This document shows positions 1-9,327 of a DNA stretch of 64,000 bases, piece by piece. A program made the translations under genes and the position numbers. The notes under the pieces were generated by a model. The model saw nothing but the letters and a program-made list of their open reading frames with translations, was not told the DNA's origin and ran no database searches. The stretch lies in contig CAYZYV010000002.1 of the NCBI GenBank assembly GCA_964482735.1, positions 22,061 to 86,060 on the forward strand, read 5' to 3'. How positions within the stretch are numbered: position 1 is the stretch's first letter; each line of letters opens with the position of its first letter. The stretch comes from an uncultured Candidatus Saccharibacteria bacterium (GTDB lineage: Bacteria; Patescibacteriota; Minisyncoccia; Phycocordibacterales; UBA9973).

Positions 1-423
1 CCCAGAATATTTGAAGCCCTGATGATTCCAATTTTTTCCCTGTTTTCATTGTTTGCTTTCAATAAAGCAAAAGATAATAAAGATAAAGAAGATTCTATTT
101 ATGGGTCTATCACCGGGTTTATCTTTGGAGTCGCCCTTGGGTTATTTTTTGAACTAAAATTTGGACTTGTCTCTGGGTTAGTCTTTGGACTTATTTGTGG
201 AATCATCTTTGTATTATTTTATTACAGACTTGTCTTCGGACTGATATTTGCAATCTCCTTCGGACTGATATCTGCAATCTCCTTCGGACTTGCCTTTGGA
301 CTTGTCTCTGTGTTCGCCCTTGAGCTTATCTTTTTGATTACATTAGTGTTTAAGTTTTTATTTTCCTCAAAAACACTGGAATTAATCTTTGATTGGTTCA
401 TGGCAAAAAAAATAGAAAACTAG
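1..423 (+). CDS. Hydrophobic membrane protein with Gly-Leu-x-x repeats, possibly 5'-truncated by the window edge
   Basis: Frame is open from base 1 (PRIFEAL-MIP...); first ATG at 22; repeated GLxFGL hydrophobic segments. Confidence 0.6.
   Translation, partial: PRIFEALMIPIFSLFSLFAFNKAKDNKDKEDSIYGSITGFIFGVALGLFFELKFGLVSGLVFGLICGIIFVLFYYRLVFGLIFAISFGLISAISFGLAFGLVSVFALELIFLITLVFKFLFSSKTLELIFDWFMAKKIEN
234..290 (+). repeat. 24-bp in-frame tandem repeat, about 2.4 copies
   Basis: cttcggactgatatttgcaatctc (234-257), cttcggactgatatctgcaatctc (258-281), cttcggact (282-290). Confidence 0.85.
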
Positions 424-441
424 AGCAGAAAATTCTGTTCT

Positions 442-473
442 AAAAAGGCTGGCGAATTTCGCCAGCCTTTTTT
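442..473 (+). terminator. Intrinsic terminator, potentially bidirectional
   Basis: aaaaaggctggcgaa-t-ttcgccagcctttttt. Confidence 0.85.
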
Positions 474-570
474 CTATTTAATCATGTTTTCCACGCTCTG
501 TTTTTAAAATTGTTATTTTACATATTTCATGTGCTATCGCTTACAAAATATGTAAAAGTAGGATGTAGTA

Positions 571-616
571 AAAAATAAAAAGATGGTTAGTAAATACTAG
601 CCATCTTTTTATTTTT
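571..616. terminator. Long hairpin terminator downstream of gap
   Basis: aaaaataaaaagatggttagta-aa-tactagccatctttttattttt. Confidence 0.7.
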
Positions 617-628
617 ATTCCATTACTG

Positions 629-1672
629 CTATTTGATTGTCTTCCCTGTCTTGACCACATGGTCCATGAGTGTATGAGTATACCCCATTTCGTTGTCATA
701 CCACCCGAGAACTTTCACTAGATTTCCTCCGACAACACGAGTCATTTCTAGATCAGCGATACAGGCGTGACTTTCAGCTAAGATATCTGAAGATACAAGC
801 GGTTCATTTGTTGCTGTAAACAATTTTTCCCATCGTGGATCACTCGATGCCTTTTTCAATATCTCATTCACCTCCTCTTTTGTAGTATCTCTCTTTGCTA
901 TAAAAGTTATGTCAACGATAGAACCTGCTGGAATGGGCACACGAATAGAAATACCATCAAATAATCCTTTAAGCACTGGAAAGGCCTCTGTAACGGCTAT
1001 GGCGGCTCCTGTAGAGCTTGGAATGATATTCTCGGCTGCTGCACGACCCTCTCTCAAATCTTTCTTGCTTGGGCCGTCTACGAGAGCCTGAGTTGCAGTG
1101 TACCCGTGGACTGTGTTTAAGATAGCCTTCTCTACTCCGATTGCTTCGTGAAGAATAGCAATAAGAGGACTTGCAGCGTTTGTTGTACAAGAAGCATTGG
1201 AAGTAATATCACATGTGCCAAACTTATCTTCATTTACTCCAAGTAGAATGGTTTCCCCTTTTACAGAACTTTCTGCTCCTTTTGAAGGTGCACTGATGAC
1301 AACTTTCTTTGCTCCGCAATCAAGGTGGAATTTTGATTTATCGTATGAGGTAAATGCTCCAGTTGATTCAACTACGACATCTATTCCTAATTCTCCCCAA
1401 GGAAGTTTCGTTGTGTCTTTCTCTTGGATGTACTGTATCTTTTTACCATCTATAATAATGAAAGATTTTTCTCCTTCGTCACCTTTTTCTATTTTGATAT
1501 CATGATTCCATTTACCATAGACAGTATCGTATTTCAAAAGATAAGAAAGGCTGTCAATTGTACCAAGATCATTTATTGCAGTGACCTCTAAATCTTCTCT
1601 TTCCCATGAAAGTTTTAAAAACGCACGACCGATTCTCCCAAAACCATTTATAGCTACTTTTATTTTATTCAT
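629..1672 (-). CDS. gap: Type I glyceraldehyde-3-phosphate dehydrogenase
   Basis: INGFGRIGR, SNASCTTN active site, WYDNE. Confidence 0.98.
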   Translation of the reverse strand: MNKIKVAINGFGRIGRAFLKLSWEREDLEVTAINDLGTIDSLSYLLKYDTVYGKWNHDIKIEKGDEGEKSFIIIDGKKIQYIQEKDTTKLPWGELGIDVVVESTGAFTSYDKSKFHLDCGAKKVVISAPSKGAESSVKGETILLGVNEDKFGTCDITSNASCTTNAASPLIAILHEAIGVEKAILNTVHGYTATQALVDGPSKKDLREGRAAAENIIPSSTGAAIAVTEAFPVLKGLFDGISIRVPIPAGSIVDITFIAKRDTTKEEVNEILKKASSDPRWEKLFTATNEPLVSSDILAESHACIADLEMTRVVGGNLVKVLGWYDNEMGYTHTLMDHVVKTGKTIK

Positions 1673-1691
1673 ACTTTTTATAAAACTAATT

Positions 1692-1913
1692 TTATTCTTC
1701 TAAAAATTTAAATCTTGGACCTTTATAATTTTCTGTTTCCACATCTTCCATAAACATTTTAATAGGTCTTGCCCAAAGTTGATTTTTTCCATCTTCGTTT
1801 GGGCGGGTGTATATTACGAGTTCTAGATTGGGGACTTCACTATGTTTAGCCACACCTATAACTTCATAAATATGACCTTTATAATGTTTATATTTACCTA
1901 ATTTAATTTCCAT
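1692..1913 (-). CDS. DUF1653-family protein
   Basis: GKYKHYKG..YEV..A.HSE...LV.Y...LWARP..MF..RF pattern. Confidence 0.85.
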   Translation of the reverse strand: MEIKLGKYKHYKGHIYEVIGVAKHSEVPNLELVIYTRPNEDGKNQLWARPIKMFMEDVETENYKGPRFKFLEE

Positions 1914-1927
1914 ACTTCTTTTTTATT

Positions 1928-2266
1928 TTAGTTACTTTTAGACCAAATTCTCTTTTTATTAATATCCTCTTTATCTCTAAAGGCTTTTTCCAAATCGATA
2001 TCAAACTTATTTGCAATAGCACAAACGAGAATAAGAACATCAGCTAGTTCTTCGTCTATTGAACCAAACTTTGAATTATGGTCAATTTGTAGGTTAGTAC
2101 CTTTTCTTATTGCTTTAAATAATTCCCCCACTTCTTCTCCAAGCATAAGACAGTTTTTAAGAACATCTTTTGTAAAACCACGTTCATTTTCTAAATCCAA
2201 TACATATTTTTGGAAATCTTGAATTGTTGGTTTTTCTTTTAAAAAAAGTTTACTTTCTTTATCCAT
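1928..2266 (-). CDS. MazG-like NTP pyrophosphohydrolase
   Basis: LGEEVGEL...EELADV all-alpha NTP-PPase motif. Confidence 0.88.
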   Translation of the reverse strand: MDKESKLFLKEKPTIQDFQKYVLDLENERGFTKDVLKNCLMLGEEVGELFKAIRKGTNLQIDHNSKFGSIDEELADVLILVCAIANKFDIDLEKAFRDKEDINKKRIWSKSN

Positions 2267-2270
2267 ACTC

Positions 2271-3686
2271 TTATGCTATTAATTCTTTTAATAATTTCTG
2301 AACAAGAGCAGGATTTGCAGAGCCTTTTGTCTCTTTCATAACTTGCCCAACAAGTGACATTATTGCATTTTCTTTTCCGCTTCGATAGGTCTCAACTATT
2401 GAAGGATTGCTATCAATTATTTTTTGAATGATTTCTTTTAATGCACCCTCATCATTTTTCTGTAAAAGATCTTTAGCTTCGGCGATGGCCATTGGAGAAT
2501 TATCTTCTATGACTATCATAGCTAAAATATCTTTAGCTACTCGAGAGGAAATCTTTCCTTCACTTACCATTTCTATTAATTCGGAAAAGTTTTTGGCGTC
2601 AGGTAATTTAATTTCAAGGTTCGTTTTCTTTAATCCTAAATAATCAGATGTTATGTAGTTAGAAGCGATTTTTATCTTATCGTTATTTTTAAGAGTATTC
2701 GCTACTTGTTCAAACCATAAACCTAATTCTTGGTCAGTAATATAGCTTTCTAAGTCTTCATCTTTAATTCCATAATCATTTTTGTATCTCAATCTCTTTG
2801 CACTAGGTAATTCAGGAAGCTCATTTTTTAATTTTTCTATATCAAAGATTTCAGATAAAAATAGCTTAGGTAAATCAGGATCTGGGAAATATCGATAATC
2901 ATTTGCATTTTCTTTTATTCTTTGAGAGAAGGTTGATTGTTTAGTCTCATCCCAACCTCTTGTCTCTTGCACAATTTTGTCTCCCTCCCCTTTCTCTAAG
3001 AGCTCAATCATTCTTTTTGTTTCGTATTCCGCAGCTCTTTCGACGGCCTTAAATGAGTTTATGTTTTTGACTTCTACTTTAGTTCCGAATTTATTTGGAT
3101 CATCAGAAACAGAAATGTTGAGTTCTACTCTCATTTGTCCCTTTTCCATATTTGCATCAGAAACTCCCAAATATTTTAGAAGTAACTGTAATTCTCTTCC
3201 GAAATCTCCCGCTTCTTTTGCGCTGTGTATAACAGGTTCTGTTACGAGCTCCATGAGAGGTACCCCTGCACGATTAAAATCAATCAAAGAAAAGTCACCC
3301 CTATCATGTTTAGAAGTTGCCGTGTCCTCTTCGAGGTGAACACGAGTAATTTTTACCCCATTTAACTCACCACCTGAAACTATTGGGTGTTTGTATTGAG
3401 AGATTTGATATGATTTTGGAATATCTGGGTAGAAGTAATTTTTACGGTCAAACTCGGTAAAATCTGTGATATTAGCATTTAAGGCTAAGCCAACCTTAAT
3501 TACACTTTTAACAGCTTCTTTGTTTATAACAGGCAAAGTTCCTGGGTGAGCCATACATACGGGGCAAATATTTGTGTTTGGAATTTTTTCATCTGGGTCA
3601 TTTTTGCAACCACAAAACATCTTTGAATTGGTTTTTAGTTCAGCATGTATTTCAAGCCCTATGGTAGTATAATATTCCTTTGACAT
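2271..3686 (-). CDS. gatB: Asp-tRNA(Asn)/Glu-tRNA(Gln) amidotransferase subunit B
   Basis: IGLEIHAEL, FDRKNYFYPD, HLEED, DYRYFPDPDLP. Confidence 0.98.
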   Translation of the reverse strand: MSKEYYTTIGLEIHAELKTNSKMFCGCKNDPDEKIPNTNICPVCMAHPGTLPVINKEAVKSVIKVGLALNANITDFTEFDRKNYFYPDIPKSYQISQYKHPIVSGGELNGVKITRVHLEEDTATSKHDRGDFSLIDFNRAGVPLMELVTEPVIHSAKEAGDFGRELQLLLKYLGVSDANMEKGQMRVELNISVSDDPNKFGTKVEVKNINSFKAVERAAEYETKRMIELLEKGEGDKIVQETRGWDETKQSTFSQRIKENANDYRYFPDPDLPKLFLSEIFDIEKLKNELPELPSAKRLRYKNDYGIKDEDLESYITDQELGLWFEQVANTLKNNDKIKIASNYITSDYLGLKKTNLEIKLPDAKNFSELIEMVSEGKISSRVAKDILAMIVIEDNSPMAIAEAKDLLQKNDEGALKEIIQKIIDSNPSIVETYRSGKENAIMSLVGQVMKETKGSANPALVQKLLKELIA

Positions 3687-3740
3687 ATAAAGAGTATAAC
3701 AGAAAACATAGCTTTTGAGAAATAAAAAAGCAGGAGAGAT

Positions 3741-3778
3741 ATTTTTTATTTTTTATTTTTTATTTTTTATGCTATAAT
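3741..3778 (+). promoter_or_regulatory. tRNA-Leu promoter: extended -10 (TGcTATAAT) preceded by (ATTTTTT)x4
   Basis: tataat at 3773-3778, 20 nt upstream of the tRNA. Confidence 0.6.
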
Positions 3779-3798
3779 CCACTTCGTAGTTTGGATTT

Positions 3799-3883
3799 GC
3801 CCGAGTGGCGGAATAGGTATACGCGCACGACTTAAAATCGTGTCTCGCAAGGGATGTGGGTTCGATTCCCACCTCGGGCACCA
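3799..3883 (+). tRNA. tRNA-Leu (anticodon TAA), CCA encoded
   Basis: Acceptor gcccgag/ctcgggc+acca; anticodon arm cacga-cttaaaa-tcgtg; long variable arm; T arm gtggg-ttcgatt-cccac. Confidence 0.97.
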
Positions 3884-4045
3884 TAAAAAAAGGAGTTCAT
3901 CTCCTTTTTTTATGGTGCCCGAGAGAAAGCAAACTGCTTTGCTTTCGTGTGGAAATCGAAAGACTTTTCCGTATGAGCGAAGCGAGGTGGAAAAGTACCT
4001 GCCGATGTAATCGGCGATAAGCGAAGTGTTCCCACCTCGGGCACC
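3866..4045. repeat. tRNA-3'-end-associated structured element bounded by a 17-bp direct repeat
   Basis: ttcccacctcgggcacc at 3866-3882 and 4029-4045; inverted tRNA-end copy at 3913-3960. Confidence 0.8.
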
Positions 4046-4050
4046 GAAAT

Positions 4051-4077
4051 AAAAAACTGAGCAAAGCTCAGTTTTTT
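4051..4077. terminator. Bidirectional intrinsic terminator
   Basis: aaaaaactgagc-aaa-gctcagtttttt between convergent units. Confidence 0.85.
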
Positions 4078-4083
4078 GTAATT

Positions 4084-4425
4084 CTACTCCTCTTCTTGTT
4101 CTGTTATTGTTCTGAGTCCACTCTTAAGATTTTTTGTGTCCAACAAATCATCAGCCTTTTCATCCACAGATTTTTGAATTTGATTCAAACCTTGGCTAGC
4201 GAGATCTTTAACCAAATCTCCAGTTTTAGATTTAAAAGGATCAACAATATATTTTTTCCAAAAGTCCTGAATTTTTTCTGTTACATAGTTAATGTTTTTT
4301 TGAAACTGTTCAGACTCTATTTTGTCTTTTATGTCGACTTTAAATAATATAAGACCGAGAATGATAATGATGACCAACCCACCTAAACGTATTTGTATCC
4401 TAGGTTTTTTTGATTCATTTTCCAT
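4084..4425 (-). CDS. Hypothetical single-pass membrane protein
   Basis: N-terminal TM (LGGLVIIIILGLILF), helical C-terminus. Confidence 0.7.
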   Translation of the reverse strand: MENESKKPRIQIRLGGLVIIIILGLILFKVDIKDKIESEQFQKNINYVTEKIQDFWKKYIVDPFKSKTGDLVKDLASQGLNQIQKSVDEKADDLLDTKNLKSGLRTITEQEEE

Positions 4426-4457
4426 ATATTATATTCTACCATTTTAATAAAAATAAT

Positions 4458-5753
4458 CTACTTTTTTAACATAGTTGAAGTTGTCTTTGGTAAATAAAGC
4501 ATAGGATCTAGATAGGATGTACTGGCAGCTATAGGCATGATAAAAGTTTTACCACTACAACTAAGGCTAGGAACTTTATCTACTTTTACCCCATCTGAAG
4601 CATAAACAGTAACGTGGAGATGTGGGCCCGTGGTGTGTCCTGTATTACCAGATAAGGCCACTAAATCCCCAGTTTTAACCCTATCACCAGATTTTGCATA
4701 AATAACAGACAAATGCCCATAAGTGCTAGATAATCCATTATCATATTTAATAAAAACCCACTTACCAAAAGAAGCACCCTTGCAATATATATCTGTATCT
4801 CCTGTCCCCACAACCGTGCCATTCCCCAGGGCGTATGTTTCGGTTCCGATAGGAGCTCTAAAATCTACTCCACTGTGTGTTCCAGAACGATATAATCTAC
4901 CTGAATCAGAGGTATATCCAAAAAGTTGAGTTATGAATATATTTTTAAGAGGCCAAGAGAAAACCACAGTACCTGGTTTTGGTAATTTTTTAGGATTCAA
5001 AATAAACTGTAGTTGGTCTTCGTAACTAGCGAGATCCTTTTCAAAAGCGTCCCTCTTCTTTATTTGTTCTGCTAATAATTTTTGGTAGTTACTTTCTTTG
5101 TTTTGAGTTTCCTTTAGAAGATTATTTTTTTCTTGTTGATTAGAAGCTATTACTTTTTCTTGCTCAGATAAATTTCTTTTAAGGTTATTTAAATTTTGTT
5201 GCTCCAACTCTTTTTCAGTTTTTGAGGCTAGGAGTTTCTCTTTTTTGTCCAGAATTTCATATATTCTATTTTTAACCTCTTGGTTTAAAGATAGGATGTC
5301 GTTATATTCCCTACTAAAATCTGATAATTTTTCACCTGATAAAAGTTTTTCTACTAAAAGAGTGTTGTCACTTTGATGCAAGCTTCTTACAGAATTAGCC
5401 AAAGCCTCTCTCGATATTATTAAAGACTTTTCTTTTGCTCCAATATCGCTAGTAATATCCTTAATTATCAAACCTGTCGCATTAATTTTTTTTTGAATTG
5501 ATTCCCTTTCCTTTACTAACTGGTTTCTTTTTAGGGTTAGCTCCTTGATTGCATTAGATAAACTTTTCTTTTCTTCACTAGTCTTTGCTATTTGATTTGA
5601 TAGATTAGCAATTTCTTTTTCTATTTTAGCAATTTGTTCGTTAGTTTGTTTTATTTGTTCTTTTACTTCTGAAGCAGTCAAGGCTATAGAAACACTTGGC
5701 CCCAAGCTTAAAATAGTAATTATAAAAATAAAATATATAACAAACTTTCGCAT
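4458..5753 (-). CDS. Coiled-coil plus M23 peptidoglycan endopeptidase (EnvC/MepM-like)
   Basis: Signal peptide, long coiled coil, HSGVD, YGHL and GPHLH Zn motifs. Confidence 0.92.
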   Translation of the reverse strand: MRKFVIYFIFIITILSLGPSVSIALTASEVKEQIKQTNEQIAKIEKEIANLSNQIAKTSEEKKSLSNAIKELTLKRNQLVKERESIQKKINATGLIIKDITSDIGAKEKSLIISREALANSVRSLHQSDNTLLVEKLLSGEKLSDFSREYNDILSLNQEVKNRIYEILDKKEKLLASKTEKELEQQNLNNLKRNLSEQEKVIASNQQEKNNLLKETQNKESNYQKLLAEQIKKRDAFEKDLASYEDQLQFILNPKKLPKPGTVVFSWPLKNIFITQLFGYTSDSGRLYRSGTHSGVDFRAPIGTETYALGNGTVVGTGDTDIYCKGASFGKWVFIKYDNGLSSTYGHLSVIYAKSGDRVKTGDLVALSGNTGHTTGPHLHVTVYASDGVKVDKVPSLSCSGKTFIMPIAASTSYLDPMLYLPKTTSTMLKK

Positions 5754-7234
5754 TATTTTTTTAACAAGCTAATAGATATATTGAGTCGGTTTATAGTTTC
5801 TTCTTTACCTAAAATTTCAGATAAGCAAAAAGGATCTGGTGATTTATCCATTCCAGAAAGTGAGTATCTTAAAGGCCAAAGAATATCGCCTCTACCTACT
5901 TCTTCAGCATAAGGCCAAATTGTTTCTTTTACCTTTTCCTTATTGAACTCACTACTATTTATGGTCTGTAAAATTTCTATTACTTTTTCTAGATATTGAG
6001 CTAGTGTGGTATATTTATCACCTTCTATTTTACTTGATTTAAAGAATAATGAATCTCTCTCATAATCAGGTCTAACAAAATAATAATCAAGGTCTTTGTT
6101 CTCGGACATTATATTCATATCTATTCCCTTTTTAATTCTCTCCATTATTATAGGGGTTATTTTTCTTACGATTTCTTCATTGTAACCTGCTAAATTTTTT
6201 ATTCTTTCAGGGATAAAAGAAATTACATAATTTTGTTGTTCTTTATCACTCATTTTTTTCAAGTGTTCGTGGTTGATCCAATCTAATTTTTCTTCATTAA
6301 ACATACCTCCGCTTATTTGAATTTGTTTAACGTCAAAAGCAGAAATAATCTCTTCTTTGGTCATTATTTCTCTATTATCTCCAGGGTTCCAGCCAATAAA
6401 AGCCAAGAAGTTAAGCATAGCTTCTGGAAGATATCCATCTTTTGAATATTCTAAAAAGTCTTTTGCGCCATCCCTTTTTCCCAATTTTTTCTTTCCATCT
6501 TTTCCTAAGATTGGTGGCAAGGTGACGAATTCTGGCCTCTCTATTCCTAGGGCTTCGTATAAAGCCAAGAATTTGGGAGTAGAGGCGATAAACTCATCTG
6601 CTCTCATTATGTGAGTTATACCCATTTCGTAATCATCTATGATATGAGCAAAGTTGTAAGTAGGATATCCATCACTTTTAATTAGGATAAAATCATCCAA
6701 AGCTTCTGCTCCTGCTTTTAAATTACCACGGGTTACATCATTCCATTCGCTATTTTTTATATTTGTAATTTTAAGTCTTAAAGGTTTTGTTCCATCCCAA
6801 ACTGGAGGATTTTCTGGTCTGTGATTTCTATACAAAAATGGTTTCTTTTCTTCTTCAGATTTTTTTCTAAAAGACTCAAGTTCTTCTTCTGTGTATGGGT
6901 CAGCATAAGCTAAACCTTTTGCAACTAATTGGTCGGCGTATTTTTTGTATATGTCTAATCTTTTCGATTGGATGTATGATCCCACTGGGCCTTCTTTGTC
7001 GGGACCGTAATCCCAATCTAACCCAACCCACTTAAGTGATTTTATTATATGATCTATTGACCCCGAGACTTCTCTTTCTTTGTCTGTATCTTCTATACGA
7101 AGTATAAATTTACCATTATTTTTTCTAGCCCAAAGCCAAGCGTAAATTGCAGTTCTTACTCCACCTATATGTAAAAATCCTGTTGGAGAAGGAGCAAAAC
7201 GGGTAACTATTTCTTTTTTATTTTTTTCTTCCAT
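5753..7234 (-). CDS. gltX: Glutamate-tRNA ligase
   Basis: RFAPSPTG.LHIGG, LRIEDTD, KLGKR; start placed at MEEK. Confidence 0.96.
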   Translation of the reverse strand: MEEKNKKEIVTRFAPSPTGFLHIGGVRTAIYAWLWARKNNGKFILRIEDTDKEREVSGSIDHIIKSLKWVGLDWDYGPDKEGPVGSYIQSKRLDIYKKYADQLVAKGLAYADPYTEEELESFRKKSEEEKKPFLYRNHRPENPPVWDGTKPLRLKITNIKNSEWNDVTRGNLKAGAEALDDFILIKSDGYPTYNFAHIIDDYEMGITHIMRADEFIASTPKFLALYEALGIERPEFVTLPPILGKDGKKKLGKRDGAKDFLEYSKDGYLPEAMLNFLAFIGWNPGDNREIMTKEEIISAFDVKQIQISGGMFNEEKLDWINHEHLKKMSDKEQQNYVISFIPERIKNLAGYNEEIVRKITPIIMERIKKGIDMNIMSENKDLDYYFVRPDYERDSLFFKSSKIEGDKYTTLAQYLEKVIEILQTINSSEFNKEKVKETIWPYAEEVGRGDILWPLRYSLSGMDKSPDPFCLSEILGKEETINRLNISISLLKK

Positions 7235-7241
7235 ATAAAAA

Positions 7242-8369
7242 TTATTCTTCATGACTTAATCCGATTTCAATAGCAGATTTGGCTATCTTTTCGGCAGCAT
7301 CGTGATTAGCAAAAGACAGTGCATTCTGGCTCATCCTATTTAATCTTTCTTTGTCAGAAAGGATTCTATCGATTTCTGCCATTAAAACATTGGCTGTTAA
7401 ATTAGATTCTTCGATTACTTGGCAACCACCAGATCTCGCATAGTTGTAAGCATTCTTTCTTTGATGATCTCCGTTTGAATTAGTTATAGGGATTATAATA
7501 GAAGGAATACCCCATGAGGCTATTTCAAAAATGCCAGAACCAGCTCTTGAAATAACTAAATTTGAACAACCGGCAGCCATTCTGATATCTAAATTATTAA
7601 GAAGGGCAAGAGCTTTATACCTCGAAGAGTTTGAATCGTTTTCTAATAAAAATTTTGCTCTCGTTGTAACATCTTCAAAATTTTTTTCCCCAGTTTGATG
7701 AATGACTTGATATTTAGTTAACAGTTTAGGCAAAATATCAACAATGATATTATTTATCTTTTCCGAACCTTGAGATCCTCCTAAGATTAAAATTGTTGGC
7801 ACTTGTTCATCTAGTTTATAGTAACTATGTGCCCCATTAGGATCTCCTCTTAAAATACTTTTTCTTATTGGTTGTCCGGTAAGAGCGGTTTTTTCTTTAG
7901 GTAGATAATCTGCTGCTTCAGGCCATGACACTGCAACTTTTTTTGCGAACTTTGCAGTCCAGACATTTAGCCTTCCTGGAAAAGAATCAGACTCATGAAC
8001 TATAACTGGAATCCCTAATAATTTAGCAGCAAAAACTGCGGGAAAGGCGGCATACCCTCCTTTCGATATAACAACATCGGGGAAAATAAAATACATGACT
8101 ATGATTCCTAAAAATGCGCCCATCGCTGTCTTAAAGATATCAAAGAAGTTTCTAATAGAAAAATAAATTCTCATTTTTCCTGCAGGCACTTGAACAAAAT
8201 TAATCTTATTTTCAAAAAGCATTCTTTTGTCATACGGTTTATCAGACATATAGTAAAGTTTAAGGTCTATAACCTTTTCTTTTTCGGCTTGCTCTATTAG
8301 TTTTTCGGCTATGGCTATAAGTGGATAAAAATGACCTCCTGTCCCCCCTCCTGTAAGTAAGATTTTCAT
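7242..8369 (-). CDS. murG: MurG glycosyltransferase
   Basis: GGGTGGH, GGY, HE, GGSQGS, Q..NA. Confidence 0.95.
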   Translation of the reverse strand: MKILLTGGGTGGHFYPLIAIAEKLIEQAEKEKVIDLKLYYMSDKPYDKRMLFENKINFVQVPAGKMRIYFSIRNFFDIFKTAMGAFLGIIVMYFIFPDVVISKGGYAAFPAVFAAKLLGIPVIVHESDSFPGRLNVWTAKFAKKVAVSWPEAADYLPKEKTALTGQPIRKSILRGDPNGAHSYYKLDEQVPTILILGGSQGSEKINNIIVDILPKLLTKYQVIHQTGEKNFEDVTTRAKFLLENDSNSSRYKALALLNNLDIRMAAGCSNLVISRAGSGIFEIASWGIPSIIIPITNSNGDHQRKNAYNYARSGGCQVIEESNLTANVLMAEIDRILSDKERLNRMSQNALSFANHDAAEKIAKSAIEIGLSHEE

Positions 8370-8540
8370 TCCTTTATAAGCGGTGCAAGGTTATTTTTTA
8401 TAATTAGCCCTGCGCGCAAAATTAACTTTATAATATATAAATTATTTTAATTTTTGTTCAAATTAAAAACTTCCACTCCTGCATTATAACCTTTTTTGGT
8501 TATTTTTTCTAGGATAAAAAACAATATAATTTTTTAATAA

Positions 8541-8568
8541 TAAAAACCACCCTATAAGGTGGCTTTTA
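8541..8568 (-). terminator. Probable terminator of the lipoprotein gene
   Basis: taaaaaccacc-ctata-aggtggctttta. Confidence 0.55.
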
Positions 8569-8592
8569 ATATATCTTACTTTTTGAGAGAAC

Positions 8593-9294
8593 TTACTTTC
8601 TTTCAAAAGTGTATTGTGCGTATGTGTAAGTTTTGTCTGATCCAATCACTGGTGGAGCCTTATAAACTAGACGAGTCGCAGAAAGCTCGACTATCGTATA
8701 GTTCGTAGATGAGACCCGTAGGGTATTTTGAGACATAATACTCCAGTCTGCGTAGAAAAATCTAACACCTTCCTGAGTTAGCACTTCAGTGTAACTAGTC
8801 TTAGGGTAATTAAAGTAGAAGAACATATTTCTATTTTTTTCTTCTTGGGTAAGAGGAAAAGTAAAATAGAATGTTCCATTTTCTCTATATATGTCCATTG
8901 ATACATATTTCCACGGAGAAGGATAAAAATTTGTAGAGATTATAAGATTATTTGTCTCCACAAATATGACTTCAACTCTAACATTACTAGTCACATTTTT
9001 TATAGTGTATGACACCTCACTCGAAGAAGGCTGGATCTCCACAGCTACATTATTCACTTTTACAGAGTATAAAGAATACCCTGCTTCAGGAATAAATTTC
9101 ACTGTGATATCACTTCCCAGAGAAATGTTTGCCACCTTGTCCGGATTTACCGACCCTTTACCACTTGTTGTGGAAGAGAGCGTATAGAACACAGGAGCCG
9201 GTCCCGGAGGAACCGGATTCTCCGGTTTTTCACATCCTGTAAACATAAGTGCTAGGATGGTCAAAACCATCGAGAATAATACAATCTTTCTCAT
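8593..9294 (-). CDS. Putative lipoprotein with InlB-B-repeat-like domain and lipocalin-like C-terminus
   Basis: MRK-hydrophobic-FTG|C lipobox; Pro-rich linker; G.GSV.P...G...T....P..GY pattern; YTIVELSATRLVY...YTFERK end. Confidence 0.65.
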   Translation of the reverse strand: MRKIVLFSMVLTILALMFTGCEKPENPVPPGPAPVFYTLSSTTSGKGSVNPDKVANISLGSDITVKFIPEAGYSLYSVKVNNVAVEIQPSSSEVSYTIKNVTSNVRVEVIFVETNNLIISTNFYPSPWKYVSMDIYRENGTFYFTFPLTQEEKNRNMFFYFNYPKTSYTEVLTQEGVRFFYADWSIMSQNTLRVSSTNYTIVELSATRLVYKAPPVIGSDKTYTYAQYTFERK

Positions 9295-9327
9295 GGCTAT
9301 TGTTTTTAAATTACTTTCTTTTATCAA

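Noticed and set aside
3884-4045. Second tRNA or integrated prophage/island
   Set aside because: Only the T-arm/acceptor 3' part is repeated, with no D or anticodon arm, and there is no integrase or cargo.
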